Shown here in pieces: positions 42,769 to 57,712 of a stretch of DNA of 64,000 bases. Below the pieces are notes generated by a model. That model saw only the letters and a list, made by a program, of their open reading frames with translations, did not search any database and had not been told where the DNA came from. This DNA comes from an uncultured Candidatus Rokubacteria bacterium (GTDB taxonomy: Bacteria > Methylomirabilota > Methylomirabilia > Rokubacteriales > CSP1-6), in the NCBI GenBank assembly GCA_963758635.1, contig CAVWWD010000008.1, positions 544,001-608,000 of the forward strand. Reading direction: 5' to 3'. Each line of letters begins with the position of its first letter. The stretch's first letter is position 1. A program made the position numbers and the translations under genes.

Positions 42769-43102
42769 TCAGTGGTCGCGGGCGCCGCCGCGACAGCTCC
42801 GCCCCGGCGGTGGTGTTCGCGGCCGGCGGCACGGCGCGCGCCGGCGCGGGAGGCTCGGGACCCTCGCGGTCCTCGAGCGCCGCGACCCGGCTCTCGAGCA
42901 GGGCCAGCCGCGCGTGCAGCAGGTCCCTGAGCGTCTTCGCGCTCGCCAGCAGGCTTCTCACCTCGCCGACCAGCGTGCGCAGATCATCCCGGACCCAGCG
43001 GAACTCGTCGTGGACCCACTGCGCGAGGCGGTCGATGGCCTGGCGGGCCCGATCGGGCGGCCCGGGATCGCGGCGGCCGGGCGGCGGCGTGTCGTGGTCC
43101 AC
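42769..43102 (-). CDS. Possible small coiled-coil hypothetical protein
   Basis: Amphipathic frame AIDRLAQWVHDEFRWVRDDLRTLVGEVRSLL...LESRVAALEDRE; boundaries uncertain. Confidence 0.35.
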
Positions 43103-43194
43103 GCGCCACTCTTGCCGCCCGCGCCTGGGCGCGTCAATCGTATCGTGTCGGATACGCCCGGCTCGCTGATCGTATCGGGCCGGATACGCCCGGC

Positions 43195-44377
43195 TCACTT
43201 CGGCAGGCCGAGGAGACGCTCGCCGATGATGCCGCGCTGGATCTCCGTGGTGCCGCCCGCGATGCCGAACCGGAGCGCGAACAGCGCCTGGAAGGCCCAG
43301 CGGCCGTCGTCCAGCGCGCGCTCGCTCCCCGCCCAGAGCTGGTGATACGGGCCCACGATCTGCGTGGCGATCTCCGCCATCTTCTGGTACGCCTCGGTGA
43401 ACCCGAGCTTGAGGACGGAGCCTTCCGCGCCCGGCGCGTCGCCGCGGAGCTGGCGCGTGAGGTAGCGCAGCGCGGTCAGGCGCAGCACGCGCCCGGACAG
43501 GTAGAGGTCGGCGAGCCGCTGGCGGAGGAGCGGGTCCCGCCCCGCGCCGTCGTGCGCGCGGGCCAGCGCCAGCACGCGGTCGATGAAGTGGTGCAGGATC
43601 ACCATCGAGCCCAGCGCCATGCGCTCGTACATGAGCACGGTGATGGCCACGTCCCAGCCGCCGTGCAGGCGGCCGAGCAGGTTCTCGCGGGGCACGCGCA
43701 CCTGGTCGAAGAACACCTCGTTGAACTCCGCGTCGCCGGTGATCTGCACGAGCGGGCGCAGCGTGATGCCGGGGCTCCGCATGTCCACGAGCAGGCACGA
43801 GATGCCCTTGTGCTTGGGCGCGGCGGGGTCGGTCCGGACGAGCAGGATGCAGTAGTCCGAGCGATGGGCGTTCGACGTCCAGACCTTCTGGCCCGTCACG
43901 ACGAAGTGGTCGCCATCGATGACGGCCCGCGTGGACAGGCTGGCGAGGTCGCTGCCCGCGCCCGGCTCCGAGAATCCCTGGCACCAGATCTCGTCGGCGG
44001 GCAGCATCGGGGGCAGCCACCGCCGCCGCTGCTCGGGGGTGCCGTGGTGCATGATGGCGGGCCCGGCGATGGTGAGGCCGACGGTGTTCACCCCGGGCGG
44101 CGCGCCCGCCGCCACCAGCTCCTCCGCGTAGATCAGCCGCTCGACCAGGCCCGCGCTCGCGGCCGCCGTACTCCCTCGGCCAGTGGATGGCGATCCAGCC
44201 GCCCTCGTGCAGGCGCCGGTGCCACGCGCGGCTCGCGTCGAAGGACTTATCGGGATGGAGCGACAGCTCGTCGTCGGAGGGCGGATGAACGGCGCGGTGC
44301 TCGGCCAGGTTCACGCGGAGCCAGTCGCGGAGCTCGCGGCGGAACGCCTCCTCGGCCTCGGTGTAGGCGAAGTCCAT
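43195..44377 (-). CDS. Acyl-CoA dehydrogenase (frameshift near 44150)
   Basis: WPREYGG, WCQGFSEPGAGSDL, GQKVWTS, FNEVFFD, IAGGTTEIQR. Confidence 0.92.
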
Positions 44378-44423
44378 GGTGTCCTCTCCTGCGGTCGGGC
44401 CGCGTGCCGGTCAGATTCCCACG

Positions 44424-44861
44424 TCACGCGAGCCCGCGCGGCGGGACGCGCTTGTAGAAGAGGAGCTCCCGGGTGCCCTGGGGGAGGTTGTCGATGTGCC
44501 CGCTCGGGACGAAGCCCAGCGCGGTGTGCATGCGGATCGACGTGGTGTTGGTCTCCTCGGTGGAGGAGAAGATGCGCGGCGACAGCGAGACCGCCTCGAC
44601 CGACTTGAAGAACTCGCGGGCGATGCCCTTGCGCCGCCACTCCTCGTGGACGACCACCAGGCTGACGAACGTGCACTGGAACCAGTCGGTCCGGTAGGCG
44701 AGGAAGCCGATCACGCGCTCCTCGGCCTCGGCCACGATGAGCTGGTGACGCTCCATGTGGGCCTTGATGAAGGGCCCGGCGCGGTCGGTCCCGATCACCG
44801 CGGCGGCCAGCTCGGTGCAGGGGAGCGCGTCGGCCAGGCGGGGCAGCCGGATCTCGATCAT
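44424..44861 (-). CDS. GNAT N-acetyltransferase
   Basis: VIGFLAY, VVVHEEWRRKGIA, N..SIRMH.ALGF. Confidence 0.82.
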   Translation of the reverse strand: MIEIRLPRLADALPCTELAAAVIGTDRAGPFIKAHMERHQLIVAEAEERVIGFLAYRTDWFQCTFVSLVVVHEEWRRKGIAREFFKSVEAVSLSPRIFSSTEETNTTSIRMHTALGFVPSGHIDNLPQGTRELLFYKRVPPRGLA

Positions 44862-44877
44862 GGACGGGCCCGCCGCG

Positions 44878-45617
44878 TCAGTCCGCGCCGAAGTCGAGGA
44901 GGAGCGCGGCGTGGTCGGACAGGCCGATGGGCCCGCGGCCGCGTCGCCAGCCCCACGCATGGTGGGCGCGTCCGAGGCCGGCGAGCAGCCCACCGTTGAC
45001 GAAGGCCTGGTCCAGCCGGAACCCGTTCCTTCCGTTCGGCGAGTACCACGTGTAGGCGCGCTCCTCCCCGCGCAGGTGCCGGAAGGCGTCGCGCCAGCCG
45101 GCGCCCTCGAGCCCGTCCATCCATCCGTGCTCCCGCGCGTTGAACGCGGCCACCTCCTCGTCGATGCCCCGGCGCCCGGAGTTCGTGTCGCCGAGGAACA
45201 GCGCGGGCTCGCCGGGCCAGCGCCGGGCCACGCGGAGCACGGCGTCGAGGAACGGCCACTTCCGTCCGGTCACGCGGTTCGGGACGTGCATCGCGCCCAG
45301 CGTGAACGGACGCGGGGCAGCCACGCTCGCGCAGAGCCAGCGCCCGGGCTCGCGAGGTTCGTGCGGCAGGCGGATCCGCTCCACGGGCCACCGCGAGGCG
45401 ACGAGGATCGCGTTGGCGCCGGGCCGCTGAGGGTCGATGGTGCTGGCCTGGTGACGGAGTCCATGAGCGGCCAGGGCCACGGCCAGGGCGGCGCTCGGAG
45501 GGGTGGCGCGGAACTCGCAGAGCGCCACCACGTCCGGGCGCCAGCCCCGGAGCCGCGCGGCGAGGGCGCCGGTACGGCGCCCCCGCCGGCCATGATGTTC
45601 CAGGCGACGATTCGCAC
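44878..45617 (-). CDS. Endonuclease/exonuclease/phosphatase family protein (frameshift near start)
   Basis: MRIVAWNI, DVVALCE, LGDTN, YTW, RLDQAF, SDHA. Confidence 0.85.
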
Positions 45618-45627
45618 GCGAGCCGCG

Positions 45628-46557
45628 CTACGCGAAGGCCTTCCGGAGCGCCCCCGCGATCTCGTCGCGGGCGGCGCGGGACTTGTCCACGAGGTTGATC
45701 CAGCGGATGAAGCCGTGCACGAGCCCGGGGTAGCGCGTGACGGTGACGGGCACGCCGGCGCGTCGGAGCCGGTCGGCGTACGCCTCGCCCTCGTCGCGCA
45801 GGGGATCGTACTCGGCGGTCATGACCAGCGCGGGGGGAAGCCCCTCCACGCTCGGCGCCTGCAGGGGAGAGGCGTAGGGCTGGCGGCCGTCGCCGTCCGG
45901 GCCCAGGTAGTGGTTCCAGAACCACTGCATCCCCGCGCGCGTGAGCATGTAGCCCTCGGCGAGGTCCTTGTACGACACCGTGTCGAACGAGTGATCGGTG
46001 ACCGGATAGACGAGGACCTGCAGCTTGAGCGCGGGGCCGCCCCGGTCGCGCGCCATGAGGCTCACCGCCGCGGCGAGGTTGCCGCCCGCGCTGTCGCCGC
46101 CCACGGCGATCCGTCGCGGGTCCACCCCGAGCCGCGCGCCCTCGGCGGCCACCCAGCGCGTGGCCGCGAAGGCGTCCTCGGCCGCGACCGGATACCGGTG
46201 CTCCGGGGCCAGGCGGTAGTCCACGCTGGCGACCACCGCGCCGGCGGCGTTCGCGAGCGAGCGGCAGATGCCGTCGTGCGTCTCGATGTCGCCGATCACC
46301 CAGCCTCCGCCGTGGAAGAACACGAGCGCCGGGAACGGGCCCGTGCCCGCCGGCGTGTAGCAGCGCACCGCGATGTCGCCACCGGCCACGGGCACGCGGT
46401 GGTCCGTCACGCGGGCCACGTCCTCCACCGGCCCGAGGCCGGCGGTGCGCGAGCGCATGTTCTCGCGCGCCTGGTCGGGCGTCATCTTCTCCACGGGCGG
46501 CAGGTTGAGCGCCGCCGTCGCGTCCATGATCCGCTTCGCCTGAGGATCGAGGGTCAT
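45628..46557 (-). CDS. HSL-family alpha/beta hydrolase (esterase/lipase)
   Basis: HGGGW, YRLAPEH, GDSAGG, DPLRDEG, HGF. Confidence 0.95.
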   Translation of the reverse strand: MTLDPQAKRIMDATAALNLPPVEKMTPDQARENMRSRTAGLGPVEDVARVTDHRVPVAGGDIAVRCYTPAGTGPFPALVFFHGGGWVIGDIETHDGICRSLANAAGAVVASVDYRLAPEHRYPVAAEDAFAATRWVAAEGARLGVDPRRIAVGGDSAGGNLAAAVSLMARDRGGPALKLQVLVYPVTDHSFDTVSYKDLAEGYMLTRAGMQWFWNHYLGPDGDGRQPYASPLQAPSVEGLPPALVMTAEYDPLRDEGEAYADRLRRAGVPVTVTRYPGLVHGFIRWINLVDKSRAARDEIAGALRKAFA

Positions 46558-46594
46558 CGTGAGCCTCCTTGTCGGCGACGCTTCTGAAGCGCGG

Positions 46595-46733
46595 TCGGCG
46601 GTTGATTCCACTGCGTTTTCGGGTGCGCTCGCCTCGCCTTCGGCTCAGCTCGCAAAGCGGGCAACAGCGGCCTCGGCGGTTGATTCCACTGCACTTTCGG
46701 ATGCGCTCGCCTCGCCTGCGGCTCAGCTCGCAA
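46595..46733 (-). repeat. Two tandem copies of the ~61-bp REP-like repeat (period 78 bp)
   Basis: tcggcggttgattccactgc...tgcgctcgcctcgcct.cggctcagctcgcaa at 46595-46655 and 46673-46733. Confidence 0.9.
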
Positions 46734-46736
46734 GGC

Positions 46737-47433
46737 TCAGTACGTCCCCGGCCGGATCTCCTTGTAGAGGGCCTTGAGCCGCTCGACGTTGAAGTCGGGC
46801 GACTGGCACACGGAGATGATGCGCTTCTCATCGGCCTCGACCTTGGCGATGGCCGCCGGGATGCCGGTGGCGATGTCGGGCGGCACCGTGACCACGCCGT
46901 GCTGGTCGCCGTGGACGAGGTCGCCGGGCTTGATCCACACGCCGCCGACCTTCACCGGGATGCCGAAGTCGACCATGTGCACGTTGGCGTGCGACACCGA
47001 GACGTGGGACGCGCAGAACTGGAACCCGAGCGCGCGGACCTCGTCGAGGTCGCGCACGGAGCCGTCGGTCACCACGCCCACGCAGCCCAGCGCGCGGTGG
47101 ATGTTGGCCTGCACCTCGCCCCACTGCGCGCCCTGGCCGCGCGGATCGTCCAGGTCGTGCACGACGATCACGCGCGGGGCGGGCAGGCTCAGCACGAAGT
47201 CCCACCAGCCGAACAGGCTCGCGCGATGGCCCTCGATGGGGCCGGACTCCGCGCGGATGACGCACGGTGGCGGCGTAGCCCACCATCGGTCCCATCTCGG
47301 GGAACAGGGCGCGGATGTCCGAGGAGAGGTTGCCCACCTCGCGCGGTCGCACCGAGAACGTCTCGATGGCGTTGGCCACGCTCGGGCTCGTGATCTTCTT
47401 GAGCGCGTCGATCTGCTGTGTGTTCAAAGGCAC
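46737..47433 (-). CDS. RraA-family / HMG aldolase-like protein (frameshift near 47265)
   Basis: SVANAIE, MVGYAAT, WGEV, GVVTDGSVRD, PGDLVHGDQHGVV. Confidence 0.88.
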
Positions 47434-47480
47434 GGCGGGTCTCCTGGCAGAGGTGAACTGCAGTGTGTCTGACGGCGCTC

Positions 47481-47577
47481 GAGTTGGTTCGACTGCATGT
47501 CTCATGGCTGCGGCTGCGGTCGCTGCGGCATCAGCTGCAGCGGCCTGCGGCTCGCTCGCAAGCGGCTCGGCTCGCAA
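47481..47577 (-). repeat. Degenerate copy of the REP-like repeat
   Basis: Reverse complement contains TTGCGAGCGAGCCGCAGGC and ATGCAGTCGAACCAAC. Confidence 0.5.
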
Positions 47578-47589
47578 AGCCACTCAGCT

Positions 47590-52081
<4,492 letters not shown>

Positions 52082-53077
52082 CTACTTGTAGCCAGCCCGG
52101 TCAGCGAGGCGGGTGGCGGCGGCCTGGAACTCGCCGGCCGCGGCCACGTTGATGTCGTCCTGCTTGAACTTGCCCCACTTGGCGATCACGGGGTTGACGC
52201 CGGCCTGCGGGTTGGCCGGGTACTCGAAGTTCGCGTCGGCGAACATCTGCTGGGCCTCGGGGCTGGCGAGGAACTCGATGAGCTTCACCGCGTTGGCGCG
52301 GTTCTTCGCCTGAGCGGTGATGCCCGCGCCCGAGATGTTCACGTGAGTCCCCGTCGTCTGCTGGTTCGCCCAGAACGCGGCCACCGGGAAGGCGGGATCC
52401 TTGGCGACGATCCGCCCGAGGTAGTAGTGGTTCGTCAGCCCGACGTCGCACTGCCCGGCGGCGATCGCCTCGAGGATCTTCGTGTCGCCGTTGATGAGGG
52501 TCGGGTTGTTCGCCACCCAGGTCTTCACCACGGCCTCGGTCTTGGGCTCACCGGAGCGCTTGATCATCGTGGCGAGGAACGACTGGTTGTAGATGTAGCT
52601 CGACGTGCGCAGGCAGAGCCGCCCCTTCCACTTCGGGTCGCCGAGCGCCTCGTAGGTCGAGAGCTCCTCCGGCTTGACCTTCTTCGTGTTGTACATGATC
52701 GTGCGCGCCCGCATGGTGAGGCCGAACCACCGGTTCTCGGGGTCGCGCAGGTGGGCGGGGATGCTCGCCACGAGCTCGGGAGAGTCCACGCGTGACAGGA
52801 GGCCGGCCCGCGCGGCGTTCCAGAGGTTGCCGGCGTCCACCGTGATCAGCACGTCGGCCGGGGTCTTGTCCCCTTCGGCCCGGAGCCGCTCGAAGAGCTC
52901 GGAGGAGTTGCCGCCGAGGCTCTTCACCTGGATCCCGGTCTTCTTCGTGAATGCGTCGATGGCCGGTTCCTGCCCGTAGTGCGAGCGGGCCGAGTACACG
53001 ACCACCTCGTTGGCCGCGGCGCTGCCGGCGAGCAGGGCCGCGCCGAGCGCGGCGAGGACGATCGATCGGATGCCCAT
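52082..53077 (-). CDS. Fe3+ ABC substrate-binding protein (FbpA/FutA-like)
   Basis: VVYSARSHY, TPADV.ITVDAG, YIYNQS, NHYY, HVNISGAG, NFEYP. Confidence 0.93.
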   Translation of the reverse strand: MGIRSIVLAALGAALLAGSAAANEVVVYSARSHYGQEPAIDAFTKKTGIQVKSLGGNSSELFERLRAEGDKTPADVLITVDAGNLWNAARAGLLSRVDSPELVASIPAHLRDPENRWFGLTMRARTIMYNTKKVKPEELSTYEALGDPKWKGRLCLRTSSYIYNQSFLATMIKRSGEPKTEAVVKTWVANNPTLINGDTKILEAIAAGQCDVGLTNHYYLGRIVAKDPAFPVAAFWANQQTTGTHVNISGAGITAQAKNRANAVKLIEFLASPEAQQMFADANFEYPANPQAGVNPVIAKWGKFKQDDINVAAAGEFQAAATRLADRAGYK

Positions 53078-53121
53078 GCGTCTCTCCCTTTCGACGGGAC
53101 TGGAATGGTGACCGCGTCGAG

Positions 53122-53152
53122 TAAGGGTAGGCTAACTCACTCAGGTTGACAA
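53122..53152 (-). promoter_or_regulatory. Sigma70 promoter overlapped by a DtxR/IdeR-like iron box
   Basis: Minus strand TTGTCA-N17-TACCCT; TAAGGGTAGGCTAACTCAC (53122-53140) matches TWAGGTWAGSCTWACCTWA at 15/19 positions. Confidence 0.6.
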
Positions 53153-53224
53153 CCCTAATCAGAAGGCGCAACCCGCTGGAGCCCCGAGGGGCGACCACCC
53201 CAGGGGGGGGGACGGCGCTCGCGG

Positions 53225-54166
53225 TTAGCGAGCCTGCTTGGTCTGCGCCTCCCGGATGAGGCCCTGCACGCGCTCGGTGTCCTTGCCCTCGGGCACCAGG
53301 GCGACGAACCGCTTCCACGCCTGGATCGCCCCCGGGTAGTCGCGCTTGACCTCGAAGAGGACCTCGCCGCGGTAGAGGTGGGCGGGCGCGTACTCCGGGT
53401 CGATGCCGAGGGCCTTGTCCCACGTCTCGAGCGCGGTGTCGGCGTGGCCGCCGATGGCCACGATGAGCCCCAGGTGGGTCATCGCGTCGACGTTTCGCGG
53501 CTCGCGCTTGAGGACCGCCTGGTAGGCCGCGATGGCCTCCTGGTAGCGTCCCTCGGCGAGGCTCTGGCGGGCCGCCCGCAGCATGCCCGCGAGCATCTCC
53601 GGCGCGAGGGCCTTGCCGCTCGCCGCGCCGGGCGCGGAGCCTGTCCCCGCCGCGCTTGGCGCCGGCCCCGGCGGCGGCGCGGTCGCCACCATCGGGCCGG
53701 CGCTCCTCGGTGGGGATGCGGCGCCGGGATCCGGCTCGGTGAAGCGCCCGACGCTCACGCCGAGCACCACGCCGAAGACCAGGATGACGACGCCTCCGAA
53801 GGCGAGCGCGACCGGCTTCCGGCTCAGGCCGGGCGCCGGCGCCGGCGTCTGCTCGGGGGCGACCTGCGGCACGGGCGCCGGTCCCAGGTCGTCCAGGGCG
53901 CGCAGCACCCCGGCGGCACGCGCCTCGTAGCGCTGAGAGACCTCCCGGTGGTCCTCGTCGGAGAGATGCCCGGCCTCGTGGTCGAAGGCCAGTTCGTGCA
54001 GCGCGCGGTAGATGGACGCCTTCTCCTCGGTCAGCTCCAGGCGGCGAGCGTCGGCCGGGACGCCGGCCGCGGCCGACGTGGCGGGCCCGCGGCGGACGAA
54101 CGGCCAGACGATCAGGGCCAGCGCGGGCAGCGCCACGGCCACGATGGCGACGATCTGCGCGGTCAC
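53225..54166 (-). CDS. CcmI/CycH-like TPR cytochrome c biogenesis protein
   Basis: Two TM segments flanking L.EL.FD...G.LS; C-terminal TPRs; lies in the ccm operon. Confidence 0.8.
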   Translation of the reverse strand: MTAQIVAIVAVALPALALIVWPFVRRGPATSAAAGVPADARRLELTEEKASIYRALHELAFDHEAGHLSDEDHREVSQRYEARAAGVLRALDDLGPAPVPQVAPEQTPAPAPGLSRKPVALAFGGVVILVFGVVLGVSVGRFTEPDPGAASPPRSAGPMVATAPPPGPAPSAAGTGSAPGAASGKALAPEMLAGMLRAARQSLAEGRYQEAIAAYQAVLKREPRNVDAMTHLGLIVAIGGHADTALETWDKALGIDPEYAPAHLYRGEVLFEVKRDYPGAIQAWKRFVALVPEGKDTERVQGLIREAQTKQAR

Positions 54167-54636
54167 CGATCGGTCTCGCCCAGCTCGCGGGCGATCCGCG
54201 CACGCATCGCCTCGTCGGGGGCCGCCGCGCCCGCGGAGACGCTGGCGGCGCGGCGCCGCCAGCGTCGGAGCGTGATCGCCACCACCACGAGGCCCACGGC
54301 GAGCGCGGCGAAGGGGGCCGCCCAGACCAGGATGTTGAAGCCCTCGCGCGGCGGCGCGAGGAGGATCCACTGGCCGTACTTGTCCACGAAGTAGGCCACG
54401 ACCTGCTCGGGGGTGTCGCCGGCGGCGAGACGCTCGCGGATCACGCCGCGCATCTGGTTGGCGGTCTCGGACGGCGAGTCGGCGACCGAGAGGCTCTGGC
54501 AGACGACGCAGCGGAGCTGCGCCGCGATGGCGTGCACCGTGTTCTCGTCGACGGGAGCGGCCGCGGCGGGCCCGGCCAGGGCCGCGAGCAGGGCGAGGGC
54601 CGCGAGCACGGCGAGGGCGGCGAGCGCCCTCCTCAT
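54163..54636 (-). CDS. ccmH: Cytochrome c biogenesis protein CcmH
   Basis: LRCVVCQ..SVADS, FVDKYG.WILL.P. Confidence 0.92.
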   Translation of the reverse strand: MRRALAALAVLAALALLAALAGPAAAAPVDENTVHAIAAQLRCVVCQSLSVADSPSETANQMRGVIRERLAAGDTPEQVVAYFVDKYGQWILLAPPREGFNILVWAAPFAALAVGLVVVAITLRRWRRRAASVSAGAAAPDEAMRARIARELGETDR

Positions 54637-55163
54637 GCCGGCTCCGCGAGCAGCCGCTCCACCTCTCGGCGGAAGACCTCGTCCGTGATCGCGCCCACGT
54701 GCTTGGCCCGGATGTGACCCTTCCTGTCGATGAAGTACGTCTCGGGCACGCCGTAGACGCCGTAGTCCACCGACACCCGGCCCGCCGGATCGGGCGCGTT
54801 GGGGAAGGTGTGCTTGAACGACTCCAGGAACTTGCGGGCCGGCTCTTCCTTGTCCTGGATGTTGACGCCGATCAGCACCATGTCACGGTTCCGGTACTGC
54901 TCCCACGCGCGGGCCAGGGCCGGCGCCTCGTCGTAGCAGGCGGGGAAGCACCAGGACGCCCAGAAGTTCAGCACCACCACCTTCCCGCGCAGCTTCTCCA
55001 GCGCCAGGTCCTGCCCGTCGAAGGTCTTGAGCGCGAAGCCCGCCGCGGGTCTGCCGACGAGCGGCGAGGGGATCTCGCGCGGATTGGTGCGGAACCCGTA
55101 GGCCAGGAGGGCGAGCACGGGGATGACGGCCAGCGGCACCAGCCAGCGCGACGGGCGAGTCAC
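54633..55163 (-). CDS. ccmG: Thiol:disulfide oxidoreductase CcmG/TlpA
   Basis: NFWASWCFPAC, YGVYGVPETY. Confidence 0.85.
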   Translation of the reverse strand: MTRPSRWLVPLAVIPVLALLAYGFRTNPREIPSPLVGRPAAGFALKTFDGQDLALEKLRGKVVVLNFWASWCFPACYDEAPALARAWEQYRNRDMVLIGVNIQDKEEPARKFLESFKHTFPNAPDPAGRVSVDYGVYGVPETYFIDRKGHIRAKHVGAITDEVFRREVERLLAEPA

Positions 55164-57118
55164 GCGACCCTCCGGCGGTCGGGCAGGACGGCGAGGACGG
55201 TGCCCAGGGTCAGGACGAGGCCGCCGATCCAGAGCCACGACACCATGCGGTTCACCTGGAGCTTCACGGTGGCGTGAGACCCGTCGGGCGCGAAGTCGCC
55301 GAGGACGACGTACACGTCCTCGAGCAGGCCGAGCCGGTAGTCCACCGAGGCGATCGGCGTCTGCTCCTGCTGGTAGAACTTCTTGGCCGGCCGAAGGACG
55401 TCGAGGGGATCGCGCCGGGGGCTCGACACCGTGAACACGCCGGTCACCTTGCCGTGATTCGACTCCTCGCTAGCCGTGAGCCCGTCGAACCGCACGCGGT
55501 AACCGGCGAGGGCGGCGGACTGGCCGCGCTCGAGCGTCGTCTCGGTGCTGACCGACCACGCCTGGGAGCCGGCCACGCCCAGCGCCACCACCAGGATGCC
55601 CAGGTGCACGACGAAGCCGCCGTAGCGCCGGTTCTGGTTCAGCAGGAGGCCCCACGTGGCCGCCCCCCAGCCGTGCCCCCGGTGGCGCCGCGCGCGCGCG
55701 GCCCGCGCGAAGTCGAGGGCCATCGTCGCGCTCACGAACACGACCAGCCCCATGCACACGAGCACGAGGACGTTGCCCACGCCGCCCACGCGCAGCACGA
55801 GGGCGGCGGCGATGCCCGCGCCCACGGGGATCAGGAAGTTCCGCCGCAAGTTGTCGGCCGAGGCCCGGCGCCACGCGATGAGCGGCCCCACGCCCATCAG
55901 GAACAGGAGCCCGAGGAAGACGGGGATGTTGACCAGGTTGAAGAACGGGGCGCCCACGCTGACCTTGGCGCCCTTCACCGCCTCCGTGAGCAGCGGGAAG
56001 ATCGTCCCGAAGAACACGGTGAAGGCGGCGGCGAGGAGGAACAGGTTGTTCAGCAGGAACGCCGACTCGCGCGAGAGGATCGAGTCCAGCTCCCCCTCGG
56101 CGCGCAGCCGGTCCATCCGCCAGGCGAGGAGCGAGAAGGACGCCAGCAGGACGACCGACAGGAAGGCGAGGAAGAACCACCCGATCGCGCCCTGGGTGAA
56201 GGAGTGGACGGATCCGATGATGCCCGAGCGGGTGAGGAACGTCCCGAAGATGGTGAGGCCGAAGGTCAGGATGACCAGCGACAGGTTCCAGAGCTTCAGC
56301 ATCCGCCGCCGCTCCTGGATCATCACCGAGTGCAGGAGCGCGGTGCCGGTCAGCCAGGGCATGAAGGCGGCGTTCTCCACCGGGTCCCACGCCCAGTAGC
56401 CGCCCCAGCCCAGCACGTGGTAGCTCCACCAGCCGCCGATGAGGAGGCCCAGCGACAGGAAGTACCACGCGACGATCGTCCAGCGCCGGGTGATCGTGAT
56501 CCACTCGTCGCCGGTGCGCCCGGTGGCCAGCGCCGCGATGGCGAACGCGAACGGGACGGTGAACCCGGTGAAGCCCAGGTAGAGGGCCACCGGATGCGTG
56601 ATCATTCCCGAGTCCTCGAGAAGCGGGTTCAGGCCGCGCCCGTCCGCGGGGACGGGGGACAGGCGGGCGAACGGCGGCGCGGCCACGCTCATCACGAGCA
56701 GGAAGAAGGCGGCCACCGCGGTGAGCACGGCGAGCACCCAGGGGTAGAGCTCCGGCTGGCGCCGCCGATAGCGGCGCACCACGATCAGCGTGTAGAGGCT
56801 GATCATCCAGCACCACAGGATGATCGAGCCCTCGAGCGCGCCCCAGAGCGCGGTGATCCGGTAGTAGAAGGGCGTGCCGCGGCTCGTGTTGGAGGCCACG
56901 TAGCGGACCGAGAAGTCGAAGGTCAGGAAGGCGTACACGAGGAGCAGCATGCACCCCGTCACGAGCACCCACACGCCGACCGCCGCGCGCTCCGACGACT
57001 CGAGGAGCGCCGGCCGTCCCGCGCGCGCGCCCACCGCCGCCGTGACGCTGGCGTAGAGCGCCAGGCCGAAGGCGACCACCGTGGCCGCGTACCCGATCTC
57101 GGGCGTGAAGCCGCTCAT
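55160..57118 (-). CDS. ccmF: Heme lyase CcmF
   Basis: WGALEGS, GLNPLL, LGWGGYWAWDPVEN, SVHSF, HLG. Confidence 0.95.
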   Translation of the reverse strand: MSGFTPEIGYAATVVAFGLALYASVTAAVGARAGRPALLESSERAAVGVWVLVTGCMLLLVYAFLTFDFSVRYVASNTSRGTPFYYRITALWGALEGSIILWCWMISLYTLIVVRRYRRRQPELYPWVLAVLTAVAAFFLLVMSVAAPPFARLSPVPADGRGLNPLLEDSGMITHPVALYLGFTGFTVPFAFAIAALATGRTGDEWITITRRWTIVAWYFLSLGLLIGGWWSYHVLGWGGYWAWDPVENAAFMPWLTGTALLHSVMIQERRRMLKLWNLSLVILTFGLTIFGTFLTRSGIIGSVHSFTQGAIGWFFLAFLSVVLLASFSLLAWRMDRLRAEGELDSILSRESAFLLNNLFLLAAAFTVFFGTIFPLLTEAVKGAKVSVGAPFFNLVNIPVFLGLLFLMGVGPLIAWRRASADNLRRNFLIPVGAGIAAALVLRVGGVGNVLVLVCMGLVVFVSATMALDFARAARARRHRGHGWGAATWGLLLNQNRRYGGFVVHLGILVVALGVAGSQAWSVSTETTLERGQSAALAGYRVRFDGLTASEESNHGKVTGVFTVSSPRRDPLDVLRPAKKFYQQEQTPIASVDYRLGLLEDVYVVLGDFAPDGSHATVKLQVNRMVSWLWIGGLVLTLGTVLAVLPDRRRVA

Positions 57119-57570
57119 GGCCGGCCCGGCGGGGCGGCGCCGCGGAGGCTCTTCATCAGCTCCTTGTAGCCGGCCTGCGCGTCGCCGTCGTGGGGCGCCT
57201 TGTACTCCTCGGAGTGCTTGGCCATGATCAGCGTCGCCTTGAAGTAGCCCTCGCCGCTCCACGAGCCTTCCACCACGGCGCCGCGGGCCTCCGCGAAGAG
57301 GTCGGGCGGCGTGCCCCGGTGACGCACCGGCACGGTGGCCTTGCCGTCCGAGAGCGTGAAGGTGAGGTCGAGCGTGCGCGGCTCCCATCGGAGCGATCCC
57401 CGCTCCACCATGCCGCCGAGCCGGTAGGTCTTGCCGGCCACCGGCGCGGCCAGGAGCTCGCTCGGCGTGGCGAAGTATACGACCGACTGGCTCACGCCCG
57501 CGTAGACCAGGTACCCGATCGCCGCGAGGATGACGATCCCGCCGGCCACGAACTTGCGCTTGCCCCTCAC
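57115..57570 (-). CDS. ccmE: Heme chaperone CcmE
   Basis: YFATP, RLGGMV, PDLF.E, AKHSEEY. Confidence 0.93.
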   Translation of the reverse strand: MRGKRKFVAGGIVILAAIGYLVYAGVSQSVVYFATPSELLAAPVAGKTYRLGGMVERGSLRWEPRTLDLTFTLSDGKATVPVRHRGTPPDLFAEARGAVVEGSWSGEGYFKATLIMAKHSEEYKAPHDGDAQAGYKELMKSLRGAAPPGRP

Positions 57571-57704
57571 GGCGCGCCCCGTCGGCGGGCGCGTCGCGCG
57601 TCGGCAAGGGCGCGGGCCCGGCGCGCCAGGTGGCGCCAGTAGCCGAGGAAGGCGGCGGTGGCGATGCCGTACGCGGCGAACACGTAGCTCCAGTTGTCGG
57701 GCAT
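57567..57704 (-). CDS. ccmD: Heme exporter protein CcmD
   Basis: MPDNWSYVFAAYG.. one TM segment plus basic tail; lies between ccmC and ccmE. Confidence 0.8.
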   Translation of the reverse strand: MPDNWSYVFAAYGIATAAFLGYWRHLARRARALADARRARRRGAP

Positions 57705-57712
57705 GGGCGTCG

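Noticed and set aside
46595..46733. Direct repeats with a spacer as a possible CRISPR array
   Set aside because: Only two 61-bp units with a 17-bp spacer, the same unit is dispersed and inverted elsewhere, and there are no cas genes
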